Shown: piece by piece, positions 1 through 12,183 of the stretch
Layout: every line of letters starts with the position of its first letter
Position numbering within the stretch: the stretch's first letter is position 1
Assembly: GCF_001194135.2 (NCBI RefSeq)
Contig: NC_068987.1
Span: 36,222,931 to 36,286,930 of the forward strand
DNA: 64,000 bases
DNA from: Octopus bimaculoides
Taxonomy: Eukaryota
Reading direction: 5' to 3'
Notes under the pieces: model-generated
Told to the model about the DNA's origin: nothing
Databases searched by the model: none
The model's input: the letters and a program-made list of their open reading frames with translations, nothing else
Translations under genes and position numbers: made by a program

Positions 1-236
1 TATATATAAGTATATAGGAGTTAGACAATTACCTAAGGTATAATATATATCCAATGTACTACTGGAAGGATGCCTATTTATATTCAAAGGTTTACTATTG
101 TAAGGCAACAGTTGAATAATAGGTACAAGTGGAGGTAAACAAAAGTTTATCCAGAATTTATATTGGGCAAGTGAGAAAATGGAAAAGGGATTCAGTTGAT
201 AGACATCAATCAGATTTATTTACTTTAAACATAGAA

Positions 237-268
<32 letters not shown>

Positions 269-295
269 ACAAATAAGTAAATACAAATCCACTCT

Positions 296-425
296 TACAG
301 CTGTTTCTACTTTGGGGATCCAGTATGCTAAAGTTGACATATCATACAAAAATTGAATTTGTATCCTTACCATTATGCACTTACTGACCCTCTGATGAAG
401 TTCTGGGTTTCAATTTTTGTATGAT
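296..425. repeat. Penelope-type terminal-repeat remnant with a 17-bp inverted repeat
   Basis: ATCATACAAAAATTGAA (341-357) is inverted at 409-425. CTGATGA lies in the spacer on +. GAAACAGCTGTA lies on - at 307-296, and the same motif recurs at 42064-42075 and, with one change, at 43202-43213. Confidence 0.4.
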
Positions 426-1110
426 GTCTTTTTGTATCAAGATTTCCATCATTTTGTACAGAGCTTCCAAGGTTGATGAACGAATGAACAACCTCAAGTA
501 ATGTAAACTTAACAGAATCAAACAACTACATCAAGGGAATATTTCTTAAGCTCACATGCATTAAGTGCAGTACGTCTTCCTGGCCTCTTGTTGAAATTAC
601 CATCAAGAAGTATGTGCACATTCCAACAGCCAAAATTCAAAGGATGCTTATTTTTACTTTTTCTTGAAGATTGTTTGACCACAGTGACAGAGTGACAACC
701 GAGCCCAGGCCGTGATACAATACACTGGGACACCTGCCAAGCCAGACATTTTACCCCAGACGTGCCCAAGTCTTTTTTTGCCAGTTACTGAGTCTGAGAT
801 AAGTTACAAGTTCATTTTTTAGGTTTCTGCCAACCAACCAATTCAATGATTTTTCTAGGATCTGGTGTACAGGAAGTACCTGTGCAGATGAATGACTTTC
901 ATTGGGTACAGCTTGCACTACACTACCCCACCATTGGCCCAAGAAGACCTTCGCCGACAAAACCAGGAACATCCAACGCCTCAGGTTTTATTTCGAAGAT
1001 TTCCTTCTCCTAGGTAGATTACCAACCAAGATTAAAGAGCTTCCACCTGCCCATAAGGTAAGGTATCCCATTCCAGACACCAAAGAGACACTCAAACACT
1101 CTATAAAGTG
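425..1110 (-). mobile_element. RTE-clade LINE, 5' UTR plus internally deleted ORF
   Basis: ORF 769-518 contains LNFGCWNVHILLD...RPGRRTALNACELKKYSLDV, the RTE AP-endonuclease N-terminus. In another frame it runs straight into LLEVVHSFINLGSSVQNDGNLD, a post-RT segment of RTE elements. Confidence 0.8.
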
Positions 1111-2199
1111 ATCAAATATCACTCCGGTGACCGACGCGGAGTAGATTCATACACGAAAAAGTACGATATGTGATTTGAAAATGTAAATAAGAATTAAATA
1201 TAAATAATATGTATACATATATACATATAAAAAGGTACGATGTGTGAATAAGAATTAAATAAGTAGTAAATATAAATAAATATAAAGTAAGATTTAAATA
1301 TAGATAATAGACATATATATATATGTATGTGTGTGTGTATATGTATATATGTATATATATATATACATATGAGAAAAAGAAAGATGTATATATATATACT
1401 ATAATGGAGAAAGCTGTTTATCAATTAAGTATCTAACAATTATTAAAAGTACTAAAAGAAAACAATTATTAAAGGGTTGACCGTCTGGAAATATGTTTAT
1501 AGCTTCATGCTGTAAGAAATTACCTATAATTTCGATTTCTAAAGTTTATTGAATTTTTTAACACCAATTTCTCGCAAATATAAATATTCAGTACGTCCAA
1601 TTCATCACAAATTTAAATAGTCATTGCATTCACTGCAGAGTATTCCATTTTAATTTCCAAAGTCTCTCACTTTCTCTTTAAAGTTTTAATTCGCTACCCA
1701 TATAATTTTCGGAGACGGGATAGCTGTGAGAAGAGCCTAGATAGTTGGGTAATTACTATTAGAAGACGAGGACAAAAACAGCAAAGATTTCCGTCAAGTA
1801 CTCGCAACTTTCACCTTATTTACAGTTTCCAAATTCAACTTCGACAAATGAAAGGTAATGAATGTGTGTGCGTGTGCTTGTTCACTGACAAAACTTTGTG
1901 TTACATCACTTTTGTGAAGTTTTGTCAGTGAACTGGTCGCGGTTTCAAAACGACGAAAATATTTTGACACGAAGTTTTTATGTTGAATTGAAACTAACTC
2001 TATTCGTGTGTTCTTGAAAGGTTAACAAACATCTTCCCCGCTGCAATTCATTTTTTTTAGCACACGATACTAGATCATGTCACGTGCTATGCAAGTACAT
2101 CTCCGTAATATTTTTAAATCACTGTGGATAAATGCCAGCAATGACCTTCTCAGTCTCTCCCAATATCTAAATTACTAAGCAGAAACAATCGGGGGCAGA

Positions 2200-2750
2200 G
2201 ACTAGGGTTACAAAAATTCATAATTTCTCAAATTTTCTTTCGTATAGCATATATATTTACGGTGAAAAAATATTCAAAAACCTCAATACATGCAAGAGTG
2301 ATAAAGAAACGAGGTGGATTGTCTTTGGATGTGCTAGAAACAACAGCCACATCGCCCTTAAATCACTTTCCCCTCTGAAAATATAAAAAAAAAATTTTCC
2401 CGTGGTTTTGAAGTGCAAACACTTTGGCCAAATTAGGTCAGAAGTGGGATGAAGAGGGAGGGGAGGTTTAAAAAAAAAATTTCAAAGCTTTTTTTCATAA
2501 AAAGATGCTCTCTACCCAATCCCATCATTTCGAAGGCTGTTGTTTAGAAAAAAAAATGGGGAAAATCCCCGAAAAAAATTTGCCGACAAATTTCTTTATA
2601 ATCGTAATCTGTGCCATTTGCAAGGGATTTGTATAAATTTTCATCAAAAGATATCCATCTTCCGGAAAGTTATGATGTACAAAATTCAGATCGTGTGTAT
2701 TTTCTGAAAATCCTCTCTCCACCCCATCACAAACATTCTTTCCCATAAAT
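2200..2750. repeat. probable non-autonomous DNA-transposon-like interspersed repeat
   Basis: Non-coding block with A/T runs and loosely inverted sub-terminal segments (about 2207-2230 vs 2665-2685). Termini not defined. Confidence 0.25.
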
Positions 2751-2925
2751 CTCTATATACTCTGAAGCCACAACATCTAAGCGGTATTTGTAGAAACGTT
2801 TCTTAGAAAGTATCCATTTTTCTGGATGTTATGAGGCAATTAAAATCGTATACATATATAGTAATGCCCATTTATTTATACTATTTTCTCATTTCATGTT
2901 TCTTTCCTTCATTGTTTGCAATGTT

Positions 2926-2939
2926 CTCTCTCTCCCTTC

Positions 2940-3017
<78 letters not shown>
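2926..3017. repeat. (TC)n-(AC)n compound microsatellite
   Basis: Directly visible. Confidence 0.95.
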
Positions 3018-3020
<3 letters not shown>

Positions 3021-3374
3021 AAGCTTACAGATGGGCTGCTGAATTGAAATCTCCATGAGATTATGGCTGTGATGAAATAATGAAAGCAATATTTATTAAG
3101 CAAGTGAACACTATTATACAAAGAAATAATTAGACGTAAAATATGAATATTATTAGAATAGGAATCAAATGTGAAAATATTAGCAAGAGGCTAGCAGAAA
3201 ACCGCTCAGAGGGCGGCCTTTCTGCTAGTATATATACGTGACCGAAACTTCGAAGTCACTATAAAATGCAATCTTGTATAGGAATGATAAAATTGTACTC
3301 TATAAAACTATAGAGTAACCCATCAGATTAATGGAAGATTGATTTTATTGTAACTGAATATAAAAACGAACATT

Positions 3375-3379
<5 letters not shown>

Positions 3380-3456
<77 letters not shown>

Positions 3457-3498
3457 TGTGCGTGTGCGTGTGCGTGCGTGTGCGTGTGCGTGCGTGTG

Positions 3499-3532
<34 letters not shown>
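3380..3532. repeat. (TG)n/(TGCG)n/(GA)n microsatellite
   Basis: Directly visible. Confidence 0.95.
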
Positions 3533-3533
<1 letters not shown>

Positions 3534-4075
3534 AAGATGTAGTTATTATCTATATAACTGTGTTATGTCTTGCATAATTCTGTTATTCGTGGTATAAAAT
3601 CAGAAAATATTTACAATATTTTGCATAAAACTAGATTATATTTTAAGTTGCAGTTAACATTTATAGACTCACTAAATCGAAGAGTTTGCTGACAAGACTG
3701 TTGAGAATAGATATGAATGATTTTTTTACATTCGAATTGTAATCATACATTGTATAGATTTACGTGTCTTCTGTGATTAAAGAGATGTAAACTTGGTACC
3801 AGAGCAGCACACTAACAGTGTACTGATTGGTTTCATAGAATTTGAGCTGGCGAAATCACGCCTTATATGAATAAATTAAGCAACTTTGTATATATAACTT
3901 CGCTTTCACGAGAAGTATTAACATTTAGGGGCTTTGTTTGAGCAGATGATATATTAATAAACATAATTGGCAGCATCGTACTAACTATGAAATTAGAATT
4001 TTCACAAAGCTGTAAATTATTTCTAATAGCCCACAGAGTTTTGAGAAGTAGACATCGCGAAAGAAGGACAACATG

Positions 4076-4310
4076 CTATGAATATAAATTTGCTTTGTTC
4101 AAAACTACTGCATTAATGTTTAAATTTCTCATTCTTTCGAGAGCATGCGTACTTGCATTGATTGCATTTTTCACATTGCTATGTTTCCTCCAAACCACCT
4201 TAACTCGGCAATTCTTAACATATCCTGTTCCCTTCGTCGTCTCTCTAAGTTTGTTGCTTCTTAAACTAATATCACCCCCCGGAGATTGATTCTTCATTCG
4301 AATAGGTTTC
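4076..4310 (-). CDS. terminal coding exon of an unidentified protein-coding gene
   Basis: Acceptor tatgtag|G at 4311/4310, phase 2. Open frame KPIRMKNQSPGG...ALERMRNLNINAVVLNKANLYS ends in TAG at 4078-4076. Phase matches the exon at 5260-5002 (TG|G = Trp). Confidence 0.65.
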
Positions 4311-5001
4311 CTACATATATTAATGAGCTGCTGTACTTCACTCATGTAAAATAAGGACACGCGACATACATTAAATATTAAATAGAGAAACTAAGAGGAA
4401 TAAATTAAGAAACATAGACGGAGGGAGAAAGTTAGAAAGGCAAAAAAATTTCCTCACTATACTACAAAGATGTAAGCCAGAAGTCATTAAGTGACTTTAT
4501 TTCCTTCCCAATTCTTCTCATTATTTGAGCGTACCTTCCATTCTTTTGTTTGCTTTTTTCTCTTTCTATTTATGCCTCATCCTCCAATATTATCAATATA
4601 TATTTACATGAACAATCCACACACATATACATATACCTGAACACATGTACTCACACATACATATATATACGTATATAAAGTTATACTTTTACACTGTTAG
4701 GATATGCATAATGACATTTGATTCAATGCAATGTAGAAAGCATTAGAGCAAACAATAGACGTCGGGTTATTCTGATTGTATATCGGACATTCGATTGTGA
4801 TTCCTCTAATGTATTTTCGTTATATATGTTGCACCTAGGCTCCATTTTCTCCCGGGCTACAAATATCGTGCTAATTGATATAACACTGCAGACTGCTCTC
4901 ATTTCCTATAGCTGCACTTAGTCAGTTTGTATCTCACCAGGAAGTCAAAAGCCAGAATTAAATTCACCGGTCAATTTACACTCCTCTTTTCTTACACTTA
5001 C

Positions 5002-5260
5002 CAAATTTTACAAAGGAAGTTCTTATCAAGTTCTTCTCTAGTAAGCAAAACTTCTCGACTATTAATGTCTTCTGTCCTGGTTATACTCTCTAAACCAATC
5101 TCAGAAAACATAAAGGTTTCAATTAACTGGTGACTCCCTGCTCTCCTCTGTACCTCAGAATGAATAAATGTTTCTTTCTTTCTAATATAAAGCCCGCTGC
5201 GTACACCATTTACAGTATATGGAAAAAATATTAAGAACAATTTACCACGATGATTTACCA
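5002..5260 (-). CDS. internal coding exon of the same unidentified gene
   Basis: Acceptor tttcatttgtcctag|TG and consensus donor TG|gtaagt at 5002/5001. 259 nt open: VNHRGKLFLIFFPYTVNGVRSGLYIRKK...EELDKNFLCKIW. Confidence 0.65.
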
Positions 5261-6577
5261 CTAGGACAAATGAAACGCTACGTTCACAAGACTTCCTTTC
5301 TTCTTACAGCTTTCTTTATGTTACTTGCAGTATTTTGTTAAAACAAGTGGGATCCAGTGTATGATAGCTGTGATATTTGGGTTAGCAAGATAACATAGTT
5401 GAGACAAAACTAGCAAATGATTTGTATTTGAAGCTTAACATTTGACAATNNNNNNNNNNNNNNNNNNNNNNNNNNNNNNNNNNNNNNNNNNNNNNNNNNN
5501 NNNNNNNNNNNNNNNNNNNNNNNNNNNNNNNNNNNNNNNNNNNNNNNNNNNNNNNNNNNNNNNNNNNNNNNNNNNNNNNNNNNNNNNNNNNNNNNNNNNN
5601 NNNNNNNNNNNNNNNNNNNNNNNNNNNNNNNNNNNNNNNNNNNNNNNNNNNNNNNNNNNNNNNNATATATATATATATATTCAAAACGAAATATTTCTCT
5701 CGGTCTCTTAAATCAAAGACATCAAGAATAATATCCAGCGTAATCTCTTTCAAGGAAGACACAAGTTCTAAATTTACAATACCACCCGCAAAACTGACAT
5801 TGAAGCAACTTAACACAACACAGTGTTTAAATCCGAATTTGTCGTGTTACAAGAGAAAGGACTTACTCAATAATATCATCGTATGTATTCTGTATGTGAA
5901 TAAAAAGTATCATTCCAACAAGTCGAGTGTATTTGATCATAGGTCTATTTGCTGTCAGGGAAGGTATGATATTTAACAACAGCAAAATTGCAATTATTAT
6001 TACTGCTACAACAAGCGAACGACTGGCAATATATTCAAGAATATGATCCTGGTGAAATTATCTACAGTTGAATAGTTCGCATACAATAAACCGGGAGACA
6101 TGATCTGAAGCACCATCAATAGGCAATATAATTTTAAACTCGGTTATGTGGCCCTTAAACAACAAAGAGTAATGGATGGATGAGTAAACGTCGGAAGATG
6201 AATTACATGAAAATCGGCGTTTTATTCATTTATTTTGTAATTTGATATAAGATTATAAAATATGAACTTAGATATCTGTAAAATTTTATGTGAGAAACAA
6301 GTAGAGTGAACTAACTGTATTAGCAAGTCAGAAGAACGCTGCTGGAATGGCGGAATCAATAAAGCAGACGATGCGGAGAAAACAAAACATTCCACCATAC
6401 TAGTGAGATTTAATTTTGGTGCACCGATTTTTACTTCAGTCAACGATCACACCTTATAATGAATAATTAAAAGATAATGTTGTATAACTCAAAGACAATA
6501 CCGTCTATCATATAAATTGGAGGATAAAAGAAAGTCGATACTCTAAACACAAATGGACATTAAACCGATAAATTAAC

Positions 6578-6662
6578 CAATCGTAACGTCTATCTTCCGT
6601 TCGGTATTCAATTCAATGAAAACCGCCATTTTCCCGTATTCAGTTATTCTGATTAAGGTCAC
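6578..6662 (-). CDS. candidate upstream exon of the same gene
   Basis: cttgacag|GTG...ATT G|gttaat. 85 nt open (VTLIRITEYGKMAVFIELNTERKIDVTI), phase 0 to 1, compatible with the 5260 acceptor. The donor is weak. Confidence 0.3.
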
Positions 6663-8800
6663 CTGTCAAGCTGAACAATCCGCTTTAAAAAGCTAATGTG
6701 TCAATTCTATAATCTTATTCAGTAGTTGGGAGGAATAGCGCTAACGTCCGTTTATATATGGTTTGATACATCACAGAATCTAACAGTGAGTGGGAGTAGG
6801 TATATTTGTTTGTAGTGTTTTGTAGTTTTAATATTTTATCACACAGCTTCTGTTTAGATCAGCTATGAACCCACGGGTGGTCAGTTCCTGCATACAGTTT
6901 AATAAACACCATTAATCTCACATGTAGTAGCGTAAGTCAGTAAGTGGGGTTACACACACACACACACTCGCACGCACGCACGTACAAACACACACACGCA
7001 CACTCACACACACACATATATATAGCAAATGTTGAATGGAGGAGATGGTATCACATTTATTCCATGGTCTACCAGTGTTTCAGAAATGGATGAGAACAAT
7101 GATTTAGTCATGTCTATTGTGTTATATATATATATATATNNNNNNNNNNNNNNNNNNNNNNNNNNNNNNNNNNNNNNNNNNNNNNNNNNNNNNNNNNNNN
7201 NNNNNNNNNNNNNNNNNNNNNNNNNNNNNNNNNNNNNNNNNNNNNNNNNNNNNNNNNNNNNNNNNNNNNNNNNNNNNNNNNNNNNNNNNNNNNNNNNNNN
7301 NNNNNNNNNNNNNNNNNNNNNNNNNNNNNNNNNNNNNNNNNNNNNNNNNNNNNNNNNNNNNNNNNNNNNNNNNNNNNNNNNNNNNNNNNNNNNNNNNNNN
7401 NNNNNNNNNNNNNNNNNNNNNNNNNNNNNNNNNNNNNNNNNTTTTTATTTATACACCAGACTGAGTGCGGGCTAGCGACCAGAGTAAGTTCTCTGTGCGA
7501 CGCTGTGTGTTTATTAAAATTCGGCGTCGTGTAGGAAACGTTCTCTGAAGGCTATCTCGCAGCTGAGGACATATCTTAAATTCTGCATTATTGTAAACGA
7601 CATTTTGCATTTTTCATTAATTCAGGCATGCAAGAAATTATATATGTGCTAGACTCGAGCACCCATGAATACAGGCCCTACGGCTAATCAAACAGAAGGC
7701 TATTATGCATTAATACAGTGCCCTGTCATCTACATATTAAGTTCAAGTATCTCAGGACACAAACTCACATCTTGCAAACATCTTTTCCTATAGTCAAATA
7801 AAATTTCATTAATCTATTCCCCTATCGTTTATAACATTATACTGTCCTTAACGTTTTCTATTATATCGTACTATATATTTTATATGTTTTGTAGAATGTT
7901 ACATTAAGGAGCTTTTATTATGAGTACTACCGGATTACTTGAATCCATATGTTGTGACTTAAATTTATGTATGTGTGTATATATATATATATATAATATT
8001 AGGGACAAAATCCAAAATTACAGGTAAAAAACTCAATTAAAATCAATTTATAAAAAATAAAAATTAAATTGAGCCTTATAGATAAAGTATATATAAAATA
8101 TATAGTTTTAGGGAAAATAACCAATTTTCAAGAACTCATCGATGAAAATCCACTATCACATATAGAAAAAAAATTAATAATTAAAAGCACAATAAATGAG
8201 TATAATATAAAGTAAAGTAAATATCATATATATATATATGTATGTATGTGTGTGTGTATGCATGTATGTATGTATGTATATATTGCCCTATATTCCTCCC
8301 TAAACACCTAAGGAAGCGTTATTCTTAAAAGTCTGGCTAATTCATTCGTGCAATAATTTCGAGAACAGAAAAAATTCTGTTACGGGTCATGGCAATCACA
8401 TTCTTTCCTTTGCCTGGTGAGACAACAGCAGCACAGATCCCAAGAATCCTTGTTATTCAATTCAATAAACTTTCCTAGTTTAAAAGACATATGGAAACAG
8501 CGATTATGATAATTGTTTCTGTACCAATTCTGCTTACNNNNNNNNNNNNNNNNNNNNNNNNNNNNNNNNNNNNNNNNNNNNNNNNNNNNNNNNNNNNNNN
8601 NNNNNNNNNNNNNNNNNNNNNNNNNNNNNNNNNNNNNNNNNNNNNNNNNNNNNNNNNNNNNNNNNNNNNNNNNNNNNNNNNNNNNNNNNNNNNNNNNNNN
8701 NNNNNNNNNNNNNNNNNNNNNNNNNNATATATGTATGTATGTATGTGTGTGTGTCGGTATGTATATTTATATACGAGGGTATATTCATATACATATATAC

Positions 8801-8868
8801 CCGATTTAGAGTGGAGTGTATTCGTTGTGGGGACAGGGGAGTTGCCCGTGCATTCCCATACAGAATGA
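8801..8868 (-). CDS. candidate upstream exon
   Basis: atctttatag|TC...CGG|gtatat. 68 nt open (ILYGNARATPLSPQRIHSTLNR), phase 1 to 0, chains to 6662. Confidence 0.2.
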
Positions 8869-9158
8869 CTATAAAGATATTGTTAAGTGTGAATTTCAGA
8901 CAGAAACATAAATAGTTCTGCTGTGAGGTTGGATTCAAGCATCTATCGATTCACTGGATACCGTCTTTCGTATTACATGACAGAGAGGTAGCAGATACCC
9001 CTATCATATAAAACTATAATCAATCTTTTCTACTCTTTTAGTATTTTGATTTTATTTTATATAAGAGGTCTTGAATTTCCCAACAGCGTTCAAACAGAAA
9101 ATATAAATATTAGATACATATACTCATACATACTTACTTTATACTCTCAATATAAATA

Positions 9159-10312
9159 CAGGGTTTGGACAAAATAATTGAAACGCCTTAAAATTTCAAA
9201 CAAATTTATTTTAATATGGGGTAGGACCGACTTTGACAATATTTACAGCTTGGATTCCACGAAGTGTAGACTCGTACAAAATTTGAATTGTTTCCAAAGG
9301 AATTTTTGTCGATTCCTAAGCTAAAACAGTCTCCAATTTTTGTAGTGATCATGGGGAAGGATATCGACATCTTACTTGTTTTTCTAAAATGCACCATAAA
9401 TGTTCAATAATATTGAGATTTGGGGACAGTGGTGGCCAGATAAGATGTTCAGTTTCACTAGAATGTTCCTCGTGCCATTCAGTAACAACTTCAGCTGTGT
9501 GAATTGGTGCATTATCCTGAAAGATTGCGTTTCATTCCGAAAAGAGTTTCGCAACCATAGCATTAATTTGATCAGATAAAATACGTTAAAAGTCTTGACT
9601 GTTTATTCCGCCATNNNNNNNNNNNNNNNNNNNNNNNNNNNNNNNNNNNNNNNNNNNNNNNNNNNNNNNNNNNNNNNNNNNNNNNNNNNNNNNNNNNNNN
9701 NNNNNNNNNNNNNNNNNNNNNNNNNNNNNNNNNNNNNNNNNNNNNNNNNNNNNNNNNNNNNNNNNNNNNNNNNNNNNNNNNNNNNNNNNNNNNNNNNNNN
9801 NNNNNNNNNNNNNNNNNNNNNNNNNNNNNNNNNNNNNNNNNNNNNNNNNNNNNNNNNNNNNNNNNNNNNNNNNNNNNNNNNNNNNNNNNNNNNNNNNNNN
9901 NNNNNNNNNNNNNNNNNNNNNNNNNNAATCTTGGGAGCTATACTTTTGTGATCCTTTCTAACAATTCGCGTAAGAGTCCGACGGTCCCTATCTGAAAGTT
10001 TTGGCTTTCTTCCGGAGTTTTGTTTCGACGAGGAGGTTTTTCCCTGTTTCTCAAAGGCTGTCATTACTTTTGAGACAGTCCTTTTTGATACACATAACAT
10101 TTCGGCTGTTTTCATTACACTAGCGCCTGACATACGAGCACTAACAATTTGACCTCTTAGAAAAGAAACAGCGATTTTAGAAAACATATTAAACAATACT
10201 AATAATAAATTTTAAAAAACATTAAAATAAGGAAGCTTTTGGCGGTTTTATAGATATTTCAAAATTATGATGCTATGATGCTAGGTGTTTCCGTTATTTT
10301 GACTAATCTATG
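9159..10312 (-). mobile_element. Tc1/mariner transposon (DD36E spacing), both TIRs, decayed, internal gap
   Basis: Imperfect TIRs CAGGGTTTGGACAAAATAATTGAAACGCC and, reverse-complemented, CATAGATTAGTCAAAATAACGGAAACACC, each flanked by TA. HTH region GQIVSARMSGASVMKTAEMLCVSKRTVSKV...SGRKPKLSDRDRRTL. Catalytic region FQDNAPIHT...WPPLSPNLNIIEHLW. Confidence 0.9.
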
Positions 10313-11102
10313 TATATCTGCGCAGGTCTGCTTTGACTGTCAGGGCTTCGGGTTCACTAACCAATATACCAATCAAGTACTTTGTGAAAAGAGCCATCTT
10401 GTCTAATTCTCCTTCTCAGATTTGCTGTTATTCTATGTTGCAAAAGGAGTGCTAAAATTCATTCAGTGTCCACTGTATCCGAAATATCAGCAGACATATA
10501 CTTGGAAAACTTTCTAGCGAGCTCAGAAGAGCACGTTCTACTCCAAGAACTTTAAATCATCGATGTTACTCATCCTTTAACATAAAACGGTGCATTAGTT
10601 CGATTCCAAATTAGGAACAAGTAATAACGTCATCATTAAAATTATCAGCAAAATTCTAAGATCTTCATAGTAAAGTCATATCGCATATATTCGTCTCTGA
10701 TGTAAAACACATGTCAGAAAAATAAAAACTTTGACTATGGTTGAACTATACTTATTCTTTAACATCAGGGATACTTTAATATCCAGGCTTTGAGCCTAAT
10801 AGCATTTGTGTTCTCATTAAGCACTTAAATTGATTTCTATAATTGCTCTTAGTTTTACCACTTATTTATTCAAATATAAACATTAGAAATTAATTGGTCT
10901 GTAGTGTACAGTAGTAGGACAGAAAAAAATTCGGCCCTGTGTCAGCTACAATATCCGGCGAGAAATGAAATAGCTAGTTAGAACGTGGAACTGGATTCTA
11001 TTAACCACAAGAAAATAAAAATGAATTTAATGCAAACGTATAGAATTCATTCATTCTTTGACGTAGACTTACCAAGCACACTATATATGCTTTTGCGGTC
11101 AG

Positions 11103-11160
11103 GCGTGTGCGTCTGACGGTGTGTGCGTCTGACGGCGTGTGCGTCTGACGGCGTGTGCGT
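11103..11160. repeat. 16-bp minisatellite GCGTGTGCGTCTGACG x3.6
   Basis: Directly visible tandem units. Confidence 0.85.
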
Positions 11161-11576
11161 ATGCGAACGTTTGTGTACGTATGTGTGTATTGCTTCTTCA
11201 TACATACGCACGAGATGTAGAAGTTTTATTGTAAATAGTGAATAGTAGAAGATGAATTCCTCGAGGAACGATTTGGAATTTTGTCAGGTATGTCAGGTCT
11301 ATGTGATCTGATTATCAAATGACCAACAAACGCAATAGATTTACGTCAGCTGACAACATGTCAAGATTTTGCTAGAAGAGGGATATTTTCTACGCTAACT
11401 GACATCTTCAAAACACAGTATTCTCTCACTTTCTTCCCTCCGATTTCTCCATATTTTTCTGCCTATCTCTCTCAAAAGCACACCCCCTGTAACACTCTAA
11501 CACTTTCCTTTTCTTACTACTTCTCTCTGAGACTTAACAACAATCAGTCTCATCCTTACACTGGTGCATGCATGTA

Positions 11577-11613
<37 letters not shown>

Positions 11614-11621
11614 GTATATAC

Positions 11622-11663
<42 letters not shown>

Positions 11664-12004
11664 GTGTGTGTGCGTGCATATATATGTATATGTATATATG
11701 TAATTCTTAGTTTATTTGCATTTACACCACCAAATTCTTCCCGTTAACAAAAATGAAGCAATGTAAGTGAAGAACTGACAAAGAAATCGAACAACAGAAT
11801 GCAGTTATATATGATGCAGTTAAATTTGATAGTGCTATAACATATGAAATAATATCTTACACATTCTCTCAGTTTTTATTTTGGTATTTCATTTCAATAC
11901 CGAATAGAAAGATATATATCGTAATAATATCGCTGTTTGATGTAATGGGTGTAATGACGGCGTAAATCATTCTATTTATAAATTTATACATACTTACATT
12001 CATA

Positions 12005-12005
12005 A

Positions 12006-12036
<31 letters not shown>

Positions 12037-12150
12037 TGTATGCATGTATGTATGTATGTATGTATGTATGCATGTATGTATGTATGTATGTATGTATGTG
12101 TACATATAAATATATGTATGCATGTATGTGTACATATAAATATATGTATG

Positions 12151-12183
<33 letters not shown>
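12005..12183. repeat. (TATG)n/(TA)n microsatellite abutting a gap
   Basis: Directly visible. Confidence 0.95.

Noticed and set aside
3987-4289. Hydrophobic plus-strand ORF resembling a membrane protein
   Set aside because: It is the antisense shadow of the A-rich minus-strand exon and has no splice support.
5270-5341. Signal-peptide-like mini-ORF MKRYVHKTSFLLTAFFMLLAVFC
   Set aside because: It overlaps the polypyrimidine tract and intron of the minus-strand exon and has no good donor.
5867-5951. Minus-strand candidate exon with a gtaagt donor
   Set aside because: Its only open reading ends in phase 2, which is incompatible with the phase-1 acceptor at 5260.
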